A stretch of DNA of 64,000 nt, taken from a virus (taxonomy: Duplodnaviria > Caudoviricetes). The translations under genes were made by a program, and so were the position numbers. Under the pieces are notes generated by a model. The model searched no databases and had not been told where the DNA came from. It was given only the letters and a program-made list of their open reading frames with translations. Shown here one piece after another: positions 19,872 through 28,953 of this stretch (position 1 is its first letter; each line of letters opens with the position of its first letter). The stretch is from IMG/VR virus record IMGVR_UViG_3300032282_006037, positions 1 to 64,000 of that record, one strand, 5' to 3'.

Positions 19872-20831
19872 ATGAAAAAGATAGTTTATATCACAGGATG
19901 CTTAGGTTTAATTGGCTCTTATTTAACAAGAAACTGTTTAGAAAAAGGGTGGTATGTTAGAGGTGTTGATAAAATAACATATGCAGCAAGACCAGAATTA
20001 CTTAAAGAATTTGAAAAATATAATAATTTCAGCTTTGAAAAAATAGATATTTGCGACATCAAAACGTTAATTGATTGTGATTATATTATTAATACAGCCG
20101 CAGAAACACATGTAGATAATTCAATTAGAGAAAGTGAAGCTTTTTTGCATTCCAATATAGATGGAGTATATAATATATTAGAAGTATTAAGAAAATATAA
20201 AAAAGAAGGATTAGTATTTCCAACATTTATTCACTTTAGTACAGATGAAGTATATGGAGATATTTTACAAGGCGAACACGCTGAAAATGATATTTTAAAA
20301 CCAAGTAATCCATACTCAGCAACAAAAGCTGCCGCAGATCAATTGATACTAGCTTGGGCTAGAACTTATAAAATTAATTACGTTATCATTAGACCTACCA
20401 ATAATTATGGCGTTGGGCAATATGTTGAAAAATTAATTCCAAAATCTTGTAAATGTTTAACTCTTGGTAAAAAAATACCCCTTCATAATCAAGGTACGCC
20501 TTTTAGAAATTGGTTACATGCTAAAGATACAGCGCTTGGAGTAATTAAAATAATAGAAAGCGATATTAAAAATGAAATATTTAATATTGCTGGAGGTTTT
20601 GAGCAATCAAATATAGAAACTGTTAAAAAAATCATAAATATTTATTTTGATAATAAACCACAAAAATCTTTAGAAGATTATTTAGATTTTTCTGTTCAAA
20701 GGATTGGTCAGGATGTTAGATATTCATTAAACGACAATAAATTAAGAAAACTTGGCTGGGAGCCTAAATGTATTTTTAATAATGAAATAAAAAGGATTGT
20801 AGATTTTTATAAAAATAATTTCATATGGTAA
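19872..20831 (+). CDS. rfbB: dTDP-glucose 4,6-dehydratase (RmlB/RfbB-like)
   Basis: DKITYA, AAETHVDNSI, STDEVYGD, PSNPYSATKAA, NNYG..QYVEKLIP. Confidence 0.9.
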   Translation: MKKIVYITGCLGLIGSYLTRNCLEKGWYVRGVDKITYAARPELLKEFEKYNNFSFEKIDICDIKTLIDCDYIINTAAETHVDNSIRESEAFLHSNIDGVYNILEVLRKYKKEGLVFPTFIHFSTDEVYGDILQGEHAENDILKPSNPYSATKAAADQLILAWARTYKINYVIIRPTNNYGVGQYVEKLIPKSCKCLTLGKKIPLHNQGTPFRNWLHAKDTALGVIKIIESDIKNEIFNIAGGFEQSNIETVKKIINIYFDNKPQKSLEDYLDFSVQRIGQDVRYSLNDNKLRKLGWEPKCIFNNEIKRIVDFYKNNFIW

Positions 20832-21859
20832 ACAAAATACGTGTTTCAGATTATATTGCACAAAAACTGGTTGAAAAAAACATAAAATATGTATATGGAT
20901 TAATGGGAGGAGGTGCTGCTGGATTGAATGATGCTTTTATAAAAAATGAACAAATAAAATATATATGTTTTCATCATGAGCAAGGAGCCGGAAACGCAGC
21001 AATTGGACAAAGCAAAGTTACTAATTATTTATCAGTTGTTAATCCAACAACTGGTTGTGGTGGAACAAATTGTATAACTTCTGTTTTAGATGCTTGGCAA
21101 GACAGTCACCCTATTTTGTTCATATCTGGAAATGTTAAAAAATCTCAAACAAGTTTATTTATAAATAAAGAAAAACAAATAAAGTTAAGAAAATATGGTA
21201 TTCAAGAACATAATATAATTTCAACTGTAAATTCAATTACTAAATATTCTAAAATGATTGAAAATGCACTAGATGTCCCATATGAACTTGATTATGCAAT
21301 AGATCAAGCATTATCTCCAAGAATGGGTCCTGTTTGGCTTGACATTCCAAGTGATATTCAACATGCTCAAATTGATATTGAACAATGTAAAAAATTTATA
21401 CCAAACAACAATTTATCGGTTGATAAAAATAAAAATTTTTCAAAATTACTCCCCTTATTAAATAAATATAATAAACCTTTATTTTTAATCGGTCACGGAA
21501 TTAAATTAAGCAAAAGCGACTTATTATTTAAAAAAATTATTGAAAAATATCAAATTCCATTTGTTACTTCTTATTTAGCAATCGATATTGTAAATCATAA
21601 TCATCCATTAAATATAGGCACTATAGGAATCAAAGGTAGCCGATCAGGAAATTTTGCTATACAAAATGCAGATTTATTAATAATTTTAGGGTGTTCTCTG
21701 AATTGCTCTCACACAGGATATGACGAAAAAATATTTTCTCCAAATTCTTATAAAGTTATGGTAGATATTGATTCAAATGAATATGCAAAAGGAATTGTTA
21801 AAATAGATGAATATATTCAAGCGGAGTTATTTAATTTTTTAAATTATGATGAATCATAA
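20825..21859 (+). CDS. ThDP-dependent enzyme, N-terminal (PYR + middle) part; acetolactate-synthase/YerE-like
   Basis: GLMGGGA, HHEQGA, TTGCGGTN, AWQDS.P, GPVWLDIP.DIQ, GNFAIQNADL. Confidence 0.85.
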   Translation: MVNKIRVSDYIAQKLVEKNIKYVYGLMGGGAAGLNDAFIKNEQIKYICFHHEQGAGNAAIGQSKVTNYLSVVNPTTGCGGTNCITSVLDAWQDSHPILFISGNVKKSQTSLFINKEKQIKLRKYGIQEHNIISTVNSITKYSKMIENALDVPYELDYAIDQALSPRMGPVWLDIPSDIQHAQIDIEQCKKFIPNNNLSVDKNKNFSKLLPLLNKYNKPLFLIGHGIKLSKSDLLFKKIIEKYQIPFVTSYLAIDIVNHNHPLNIGTIGIKGSRSGNFAIQNADLLIILGCSLNCSHTGYDEKIFSPNSYKVMVDIDSNEYAKGIVKIDEYIQAELFNFLNYDES

Positions 21860-22604
21860 AAAATGGCTTGACAAATGTCAACACTGGAAACAAAAGTGGC
21901 CAACTTATGACATAAAACAAAATATTGATAACGAAAATGAAAAAATTAATTGTTATACTTTTATTGAAACTTTGAATGAAGAAATGACCAATAACGAAAC
22001 TATTGTTTATGACGCTGGAATTCCATATTATATAATAAGTCATAACTTAAAAACAAAACAAAATCAAAAAATTATTTTATCTGGCGCTCAAGCAGATATG
22101 GGATTTTCTTTGCCTGCTTCTATAGGTGTTTATTTAGCCGATACTACAAAAAACGTGGTAGTTATAACTGGAGATGGTAGCTTTAACACTAATATTCAAG
22201 AATTAGCTACTATTAGAAATTTAAACATACCACTCAAAATATTTGTATTAAATAATAATGGATACTTAAGCATAAGAAATACCCAAAAGAAATTTTATGA
22301 AAATAGAGTCTATGGAACAAGCGTAAATAATGGTTTATGGTTTCCAGATTTAAATAAAATTGCAAACGCTTATGAAATTGAATACTTTAAAATAAAAAAT
22401 AATAAAGAACTTTACAATAACATAAAAAATGTTTTAAATAAAAAAAATACTATTATATGTGAAATAATTTGCAAAGAAGATCAAGAAGTTATTCCTACTT
22501 TAATGCTTAAAAAAGACGAAAACGGAAATACTATACAATGTGGATTAGATGACATGTATCCATTTTTATCACAGAAAGAAATAGAGGAAGAAAAAATAAT
22601 ATGA
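21846..22604 (+). CDS. ThDP-dependent enzyme, C-terminal (PP) part
   Basis: MGFSLPASIG and the GDGSF...NNNGYLSI ThDP-binding motif; DMYPFL tail. Confidence 0.85.
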   Translation: MMNHKKWLDKCQHWKQKWPTYDIKQNIDNENEKINCYTFIETLNEEMTNNETIVYDAGIPYYIISHNLKTKQNQKIILSGAQADMGFSLPASIGVYLADTTKNVVVITGDGSFNTNIQELATIRNLNIPLKIFVLNNNGYLSIRNTQKKFYENRVYGTSVNNGLWFPDLNKIANAYEIEYFKIKNNKELYNNIKNVLNKKNTIICEIICKEDQEVIPTLMLKKDENGNTIQCGLDDMYPFLSQKEIEEEKII

Positions 22605-23347
22605 AATCTAAAGTTCTCATTACAGGTGGAAACGGAAGAATAGGAAAGCTTTTAATTCCTTTGTTACAAGATAAATATCAAATAACTATTTTTGAATCTA
22701 ATAAAAAACGCAAAAACGAAAATAAAAATTTTTTCTATGGCGATATTAGAAATATAGAAGATTTGGAATCTGCTTTAGCTGATGTTGATATATTAATTCA
22801 TTTAGCTGGTATTCCAGATGAAGATAGTTTTTTAGAAAAATTGATGCCCATTAATATTGAAGGGACATATAAAGTTTTTGAAGCTGCAAAAAATTGCGGT
22901 GTTAAAAAAATAATTTTTGCCAGCACAATTCAAACTGTTTGGAATTATCCTAATTCAATTAAAATAACAACCAATATGCCACCAAGACCTTTTAATTTGT
23001 ATGCTTGCACTAAAATTTTTGGTGAAACTTTAGGTAGATATTATTCAGACAAATTTGGTATTTCTGTAATATGTTTACGAATAGGTTATTTTTTAAATTA
23101 TGATCACGAACTGCTTTCTGATTCTGAAAAATCAAAAATGTGGTGCAGCCCAAATGATTTATGTCAAATAATAGAGAAATCAATTAAAACTGAATGTAAA
23201 TATGAAATATTTTTTGCGCTATCAAATAATAAAAATTCAAACTACGATATTTCTAATGTAATTGAAAAAATTGATTATAAACCAATAGATGGAACCGAAA
23301 ATAAAAAAAAAATTCAAACAGCCATTCATGAAGACTGCATATTATGA
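22601..23347 (+). CDS. NAD-dependent SDR (uronate-dehydrogenase-like)
   Basis: TGGNGRIG, IHLAG, NIEGTY, YACTK, CLRIG. Confidence 0.75.
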   Translation: MKSKVLITGGNGRIGKLLIPLLQDKYQITIFESNKKRKNENKNFFYGDIRNIEDLESALADVDILIHLAGIPDEDSFLEKLMPINIEGTYKVFEAAKNCGVKKIIFASTIQTVWNYPNSIKITTNMPPRPFNLYACTKIFGETLGRYYSDKFGISVICLRIGYFLNYDHELLSDSEKSKMWCSPNDLCQIIEKSIKTECKYEIFFALSNNKNSNYDISNVIEKIDYKPIDGTENKKKIQTAIHEDCIL

Positions 23348-23410
23348 AAATATTAATAAGATCAATAAAGAATTTTACTATTTATCATTTTAATATATAT
23401 TCGAAAAATA

Positions 23411-24166
23411 ATGAAATTATTTAAAACAAAAAATAAAAATAAACTATATAATAAAAATAAAAGTTTATCAGAGATTGCAAATTTTTATGAAATGGATAAA
23501 GGAAATTGTGATAAAAATAAATTATCTTGGGGAAAAGATTGGCCAGATCACGTATGCATGGGATATACTGAAACATATGAAAAATATATGTTCCAATATA
23601 GAGAGAAAAAAATTAAACTTTTTGAAATAGGAATTTGTGATAAAAGATTTCCATTCGCTTCTCCTAAAATGTGGTTGACATATTTTAAAAATATTAATTT
23701 ATATTGCATAGATAATTTTTGGGGAAATTATCTTGATGAAAGAAAAAAAGATATTGAAATGTTAAATAAACTAGGTGTTAATTTTATTTATGCTGATCAA
23801 GGGAGTTTTTGCGATTGGAATGAAATTAAAAAACATTGTCCAAACGATTTTGATTTTTTTATTGAAGATGGAAGTCACTGGCCTAATCATATGGCCATAA
23901 GTCTTTGGCAAGCGAAAGATATTTTAAAATCTAAAGCTTATTATTTTATGGAAGACTTACAAAATCCTTTAACAAGTAGAGGTAAATTTAGAATCGATAA
24001 CTCTTTATTAACAGAAGATTTATTAAACACTTTAAAAAATAAAAAATTTAATTCTCATTTTTTAAATGATATTCAAAACAAAGAAGTAAATGAAAATTTT
24101 GAATTAATAGATATGATTTTAGATAAACATTCTGTAATTTATTTAGCTGTATTTCAAAAAAAATAA
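23411..24166 (+). CDS. SAM-dependent (sugar O-)methyltransferase-like protein
   Basis: MDKG...Y..YE, LFEIGI, ADQG, FDFFIEDGSH, YFMEDL. Confidence 0.75.
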   Translation: MKLFKTKNKNKLYNKNKSLSEIANFYEMDKGNCDKNKLSWGKDWPDHVCMGYTETYEKYMFQYREKKIKLFEIGICDKRFPFASPKMWLTYFKNINLYCIDNFWGNYLDERKKDIEMLNKLGVNFIYADQGSFCDWNEIKKHCPNDFDFFIEDGSHWPNHMAISLWQAKDILKSKAYYFMEDLQNPLTSRGKFRIDNSLLTEDLLNTLKNKKFNSHFLNDIQNKEVNENFELIDMILDKHSVIYLAVFQKK

Positions 24167-24939
24167 TGACAAATAAAAAAATTTTAATAACAGGCGGAAA
24201 TGGGTATATAGCCTCATCATTAAACAATAGTTTAAAATCAAAGTATAATATAATAGCACCAAACAAACATGATTTAAACTTATTGAATGAAGATTCAATA
24301 AAATATTTTTTTGATAAAAATCAAATTTTTGATTGTGTTGTACATTGCGCAATAACTGGCGGAAGCCGATTAAAAAAAGATGATTGGAATGTACTAGATT
24401 CTAATTTACAAATGTATTATAATTTATGCAAAAAAGAAAAATTTTTTAAAAAATTTATTAATTTTGGATCTGGTGCTGAAATCTATGATTCAGAATCTCC
24501 ATATGGATTAAGTAAAAAAGTAATATCTAAATCAATATCAGAAAAACAAAACTATTACAATATAAGAATATTTAATGTTTTTGGATATAACGAATTGCCT
24601 ACAAGGTTCATTAAAAAAAATATAATTAATTATATAAACAAGAAAAATATCGAAGTGTACGAAAATAAAAAAATGGATTTTTTTTATATAGATGATTTGA
24701 TTAATACGGTAGAATTTTATATAAATAACAACAATCTCGCAAAAGAAATTAATTGCTCATACAAAGAAAAATATTGTCTTTTTGAAGTAGCAAATTTAAT
24801 AAATAATCTTAATGATCATAAAGTTCAAATCCATTATGAAAATATAATCAAGCCAGATTATGTTGGCGAATTCAATTTGCCTATTTCATATATAGGATTA
24901 CAAAATGGAATTAAAAATACTTACGATAAATTAAAATAA
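24166..24939 (+). CDS. NAD-dependent epimerase/reductase (extended SDR)
   Basis: TGGNGYIA, FGSGAE, PYGLSK, RIFNVFG, MDFFYIDD. Confidence 0.85.
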   Translation: MTNKKILITGGNGYIASSLNNSLKSKYNIIAPNKHDLNLLNEDSIKYFFDKNQIFDCVVHCAITGGSRLKKDDWNVLDSNLQMYYNLCKKEKFFKKFINFGSGAEIYDSESPYGLSKKVISKSISEKQNYYNIRIFNVFGYNELPTRFIKKNIINYINKKNIEVYENKKMDFFYIDDLINTVEFYINNNNLAKEINCSYKEKYCLFEVANLINNLNDHKVQIHYENIIKPDYVGEFNLPISYIGLQNGIKNTYDKLK

Positions 24940-24941
24940 TT

Positions 24942-25823
24942 ATGAAAACAGCATGTTTTATATATTCAGATAATAAAAAGTATGATAAATTACAACAATG
25001 CGCCATTAAAAGTTTTAAAAAATATCATCCAGACATTCCAATATTTGTATACAGTTCGAAAAATACAGAACTAGCTCATTTAAAAGATTTTTCATATGCT
25101 AGATATTTGTTTGCTTATGAAGTATCAAAAAAATATAATATACAAAAAATTATTATATTAGGCTCAGATACCATTACTTGTGATAGGCTTGATGAATTTG
25201 TCGATAACTATAATTTTGATATATTAACTTCGCTTGATTATCCATATCCCCTTGAAATAGTTGCTGTGCCAGCACAACAAATTATTGAACAAGTTAATCA
25301 GTATACTATTTGTCATTTTAAATTTGCTTCTTCAAATGATAAACATGTTAATGCAGATGTAGTTTGTTTTAATAATATAAACGCTCTTGAAGAAGTATTA
25401 AATTGTCATAAATGGATGAAAACAGAATACGGAGAACAAGCAGCATTAAATTATATCTGTAACATTCAAAATAAATACACAAATTTCATTGTAGATGGTG
25501 ATTATGAAAACTCAGAAGTTGTTTATAATGCTAGAGCTAAAGGAAACACTTGCGAACGAGATACTGAAAACCCTTGGTTTAAATATACAAATTTATTTGA
25601 AGTAAAAAATAATAAATTATATACTGGAACTCATAAAAATTGTATAAAAGCTAAACAAATAAAAGTTTGGCACTACATAGAAGGATTCGGTTGTAAAAAA
25701 GACGATGAATTTGAAGACTCAATAAACACATGGATCGAAAAAGGATTTAATGAAGAAACAAAAAATTTCTTTTCTGATCAATGTGATTGCGGAGATTTTT
25801 TTAAACAAAAATTTATAATATGA
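24942..25823 (+). CDS. Putative glycosyltransferase (GT-A fold)
   Basis: SFKKYHPDI, ILGSDTI (degenerate DxD), NADVVCF, EQAALN. Confidence 0.65.
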   Translation: MKTACFIYSDNKKYDKLQQCAIKSFKKYHPDIPIFVYSSKNTELAHLKDFSYARYLFAYEVSKKYNIQKIIILGSDTITCDRLDEFVDNYNFDILTSLDYPYPLEIVAVPAQQIIEQVNQYTICHFKFASSNDKHVNADVVCFNNINALEEVLNCHKWMKTEYGEQAALNYICNIQNKYTNFIVDGDYENSEVVYNARAKGNTCERDTENPWFKYTNLFEVKNNKLYTGTHKNCIKAKQIKVWHYIEGFGCKKDDEFEDSINTWIEKGFNEETKNFFSDQCDCGDFFKQKFII

Positions 25824-26740
25824 GCATTTTAGTAACTGGCGGATCTAGCATGGTCGGAAAACATTTGCAAAAAATATTTCCAAAAGCTATTTATTTAACT
25901 AGTAAAGATTGCGATTTAACAAATTACAATGAAACTTATAATGTAATTAAAAACATAAAACCAAATACTGTTATTCATCTTGCTGCAAAAGTTGGCGGAA
26001 TTATGGATAATATAAATAAACCCGTTGATTTTTTTGAGCAAAATATATTAATAAATACAAATACATTAAAAGCTAGTTATGCAAATGGTGTTAATAAATT
26101 TATTGGAATCTTAAGCACATGCATTTATCCCGATAAACTAGAAAATAATCAATACCCAATAGAAGAAAAATTATTACATTCAGGACCGCCAACACCAACT
26201 AATTTTGCTTATGGATATGCCAAAAGATGTCTCGCAGTACAAATAAATGCGTACAATAAACAATACGGAACAAAATATTCTTCATTAATTCCTTGCAATT
26301 TATATTCAGAAAATGATCATTTTACTGGTGACAAATCGCATTTCTTATCCAGTTTAATATATAAAATACTAAAAGCAAAACGAGAAAATCAAAATGCAAT
26401 AGAGTTATTTGGAACTGGTTCTCCATTAAGACAATTTATGTATGCTGAAGATCTTGCAAAAGCGATTATTCAAACGATTGAACTGAATGAAGCTTTTAAC
26501 TTTAATATTTGTACTGATGAAAACAAAAGCATTAAAGAAATAGCAGAAATCGCGCTTTCAGCGTGTGAAGCTGATCAGCTTGAAATAAAATGGAATAAAA
26601 ATAAACCAGATGGCCAATTCAGAAAAGACGCTTCGTCAAAATTGTTTTTACAAAAGTTTCCACAATTTAAGTTCACTTCTTTATTTGAAGGAATACAAAA
26701 AACTTATAATATCATAAAGAATGAAAAGCTGGAAGCTTAA
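25820..26740 (+). CDS. fcl: GDP-L-fucose synthase / ColC-like epimerase-reductase
   Basis: HLAAKVGGI, LSTCIYP, PTNFAYGYAKR, PCNLY, GTGSPLRQFMYAEDLA, KPDGQFRK. Confidence 0.9.
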   Translation: MSILVTGGSSMVGKHLQKIFPKAIYLTSKDCDLTNYNETYNVIKNIKPNTVIHLAAKVGGIMDNINKPVDFFEQNILINTNTLKASYANGVNKFIGILSTCIYPDKLENNQYPIEEKLLHSGPPTPTNFAYGYAKRCLAVQINAYNKQYGTKYSSLIPCNLYSENDHFTGDKSHFLSSLIYKILKAKRENQNAIELFGTGSPLRQFMYAEDLAKAIIQTIELNEAFNFNICTDENKSIKEIAEIALSACEADQLEIKWNKNKPDGQFRKDASSKLFLQKFPQFKFTSLFEGIQKTYNIIKNEKLEA

Positions 26741-27872
26741 CGATTCAAATTTCACTTTAATAGACAGACTTAAAATATCTGCGTTTTTTCTCAATAGTAA
26801 AAATTTTTGGACAATGACAGATAAAGTTGCTCGTTTTGAAGAAAAAATGTCTGACTTTACAAACAGTAAGTACTCTATTTTTGTTTCAAGCGGATCAACT
26901 GCGAATACAATTTTAGCTTATTACCTAAAAGATAATTTCTATACAGATAAAAGAAACACAATCGTTTTTCCTTCAACAACATGGATCACTTCTGTTTCTC
27001 CTTTTATAAGAGAAGGATTCAAGCCAAAATTTATTGATATTACGCTTGATGATTTAGCTATCGACCTGAATAAACTAGAATCTTTTTTAGATAAAAATCA
27101 CGAAGAAGTTTCATGTATTTTTGTGACCAGTTTATTAGGTATCGTTCCTAATATCGATAAACTGATAGAAATTAAAAAGAAATACAACATCAACATAATG
27201 ATGGATAATTGCGAAAACACTTTCGGTAAATTTAATAATAAAAATATCAGCAGTTATTTTACATCTACAACAAGTACATATTTCGGCCACCAACTACAAA
27301 GTGTTGAAGGTGGATTCATATTTACGAATGACGAAAAGGAAAGAGATTTATTTTTAATGTATCGAAATCATGGAATGACACGAAGCATCAAAAACAATTC
27401 TCAAATAAAAAACAATGATGTTGACAGCAGATTTGATTTTTATTTACAAGGTAATAATTTTAGAAATTCAAACATACATGCTTTAATAGGACTTTTAGAT
27501 CTTAATAGAGTTGATAAATATATAAATGATAGAAAAACACTATATAATTATTTCTGCAATAAAGTTAACGATTCTGTTTTAAAATATAAAAACAACAATA
27601 AGAATGAAAATTCTTTATTTTGCATACCTTTAATTTTTAATGATAAAATTAAAAAAGAAAAGACAGAACAATTTTGTCAACAAAACAATATCGAATCTAG
27701 ACCTATTATATCTGGCAACTTATTAAGACAAACATGTTTAAAAAAATATGATGACTATTATAATTTTTCAAATAGCGAATACATTCATCAAAATGGTTTC
27801 TATGTAGGTTTAAATTCAAAAGTATCAATCAAACAGCTAGATATATTAATTAATTTTATCAATAATCTTTAA
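26721..27872 (+). CDS. GDP-4-keto-6-deoxymannose 3-dehydratase (ColD-like, DegT family)
   Basis: SSGSTAN, DNCE, STYFGHQLQSVEGG with His at the Lys position; located between fcl and gmd. Confidence 0.75.
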   Translation: MKSWKLNDSNFTLIDRLKISAFFLNSKNFWTMTDKVARFEEKMSDFTNSKYSIFVSSGSTANTILAYYLKDNFYTDKRNTIVFPSTTWITSVSPFIREGFKPKFIDITLDDLAIDLNKLESFLDKNHEEVSCIFVTSLLGIVPNIDKLIEIKKKYNINIMMDNCENTFGKFNNKNISSYFTSTTSTYFGHQLQSVEGGFIFTNDEKERDLFLMYRNHGMTRSIKNNSQIKNNDVDSRFDFYLQGNNFRNSNIHALIGLLDLNRVDKYINDRKTLYNYFCNKVNDSVLKYKNNNKNENSLFCIPLIFNDKIKKEKTEQFCQQNNIESRPIISGNLLRQTCLKKYDDYYNFSNSEYIHQNGFYVGLNSKVSIKQLDILINFINNL

Positions 27873-27873
27873 A

Positions 27874-28929
27874 ATGAGCAAAAATATTTTAATTACAGGC
27901 GTTACTGGACAAGACGGCGCAAACATGGTTGAGTATCTTTTAAAAAATACCAACCACAAAATTTTTGGAATGATACGCAGATCTTCCAATATTAATTTAT
28001 CTAACTGTCAAGCATTTAAAAATGAACCACGATTTCAGTTTGAATATGGTGATTTATCTGATTCGCAAAGCATTAATAATATTATAAGAAAAGTAGATCC
28101 TGATTATTTTATTAATTTTGCTGCTAATAGTTTTGTTGGTTGTAGTTGGCAAATGCCAGAACAAATGTTTGATATAAACAGTTTAGGAGTATTAAGATGC
28201 TTAGAAGCTATTAAAAATCTTAAACCTTCTTGCAGATTTTATTCTGCTGGATCTAGCGAAGAGTGGGGAAATGTAGAATATAGCCCTCAAGATATGAAGC
28301 ACCCCTTGAAGCCTAGAAGTCCATACGGAGCAAGCAAAGCGTCAGCAAGACACATAGTTAAAGTATATAGAGAATCATATAATTTATATGCTGTACATGG
28401 TATTTTATTTAATCATGAAGGAACTAAAAGAGGAGAAGAGTTTGTTACTCGAAAAATCACAAAAGGAGTTGCAAGAATTTATCATGCAATTAAGAATTTA
28501 CAAATCTTTCAACCTATTGAATTAGGTAATTTAGACGCTAGAAGAGATTGGAGTGACAGTGAAGATTTTGTTGATGGTGTTTGGAAAATGTTAAATCAAG
28601 AATCGCCAAAAGATTATATATTAGCTAGTGATGAAACCCATTCAATACGAGAGTTTGTTGAGAAAGCTTTTAATCATGCTAATGTTGAAGGGTATTGGCA
28701 CGGCAATGGAGTTGATGAAAAATATTATATTCATGATAGATATATAGAAGACAAACAAGTGGAATCATCTTGTTTAGTAAAAATCAATCCAAAATTTTAT
28801 AGACCTGCTGAAGTTGAATTGTTATTGGGAGATTCAAAAATAGCTAGAAAAGAATTAGATTGGGAACCAAAAATTTCATTTGACAAACTAGTTGAAAAAA
28901 TGATACGCTTTGACATAGATAATTTTTAA
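27874..28929 (+). CDS. gmd: GDP-mannose 4,6-dehydratase
   Basis: TGVTGQDG, PRSPYGASK, GILFNHE..RGEEFVTRKIT, LGNLDARRDW, FYRPAEVELLLGD. Confidence 0.95.
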   Translation: MSKNILITGVTGQDGANMVEYLLKNTNHKIFGMIRRSSNINLSNCQAFKNEPRFQFEYGDLSDSQSINNIIRKVDPDYFINFAANSFVGCSWQMPEQMFDINSLGVLRCLEAIKNLKPSCRFYSAGSSEEWGNVEYSPQDMKHPLKPRSPYGASKASARHIVKVYRESYNLYAVHGILFNHEGTKRGEEFVTRKITKGVARIYHAIKNLQIFQPIELGNLDARRDWSDSEDFVDGVWKMLNQESPKDYILASDETHSIREFVEKAFNHANVEGYWHGNGVDEKYYIHDRYIEDKQVESSCLVKINPKFYRPAEVELLLGDSKIARKELDWEPKISFDKLVEKMIRFDIDNF

Positions 28930-28943
28930 AATTAGTGTATAAT
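28910..28943 (+). promoter_or_regulatory. Composite promoter of nrdJ (TTGACA-17-TAGTGT overlapping GTGTAT/TATAAT)
   Basis: TTGACA at 28910; GTGTATAAT at 28935, GTGTAT ending 13 nt before the ATG. Confidence 0.55.
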
Positions 28944-28953
28944 TGTTTTTATC

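Noticed and set aside
15184-28929. Bacterial chromosomal O-antigen locus
   Set aside because: No wzx/wzy/wzm/wzt or initiating transferase; continuous with phage genes in composition and promoter style
28930-28953. Cobalamin riboswitch upstream of nrdJ
   Set aside because: Only 24 nt of intergenic space
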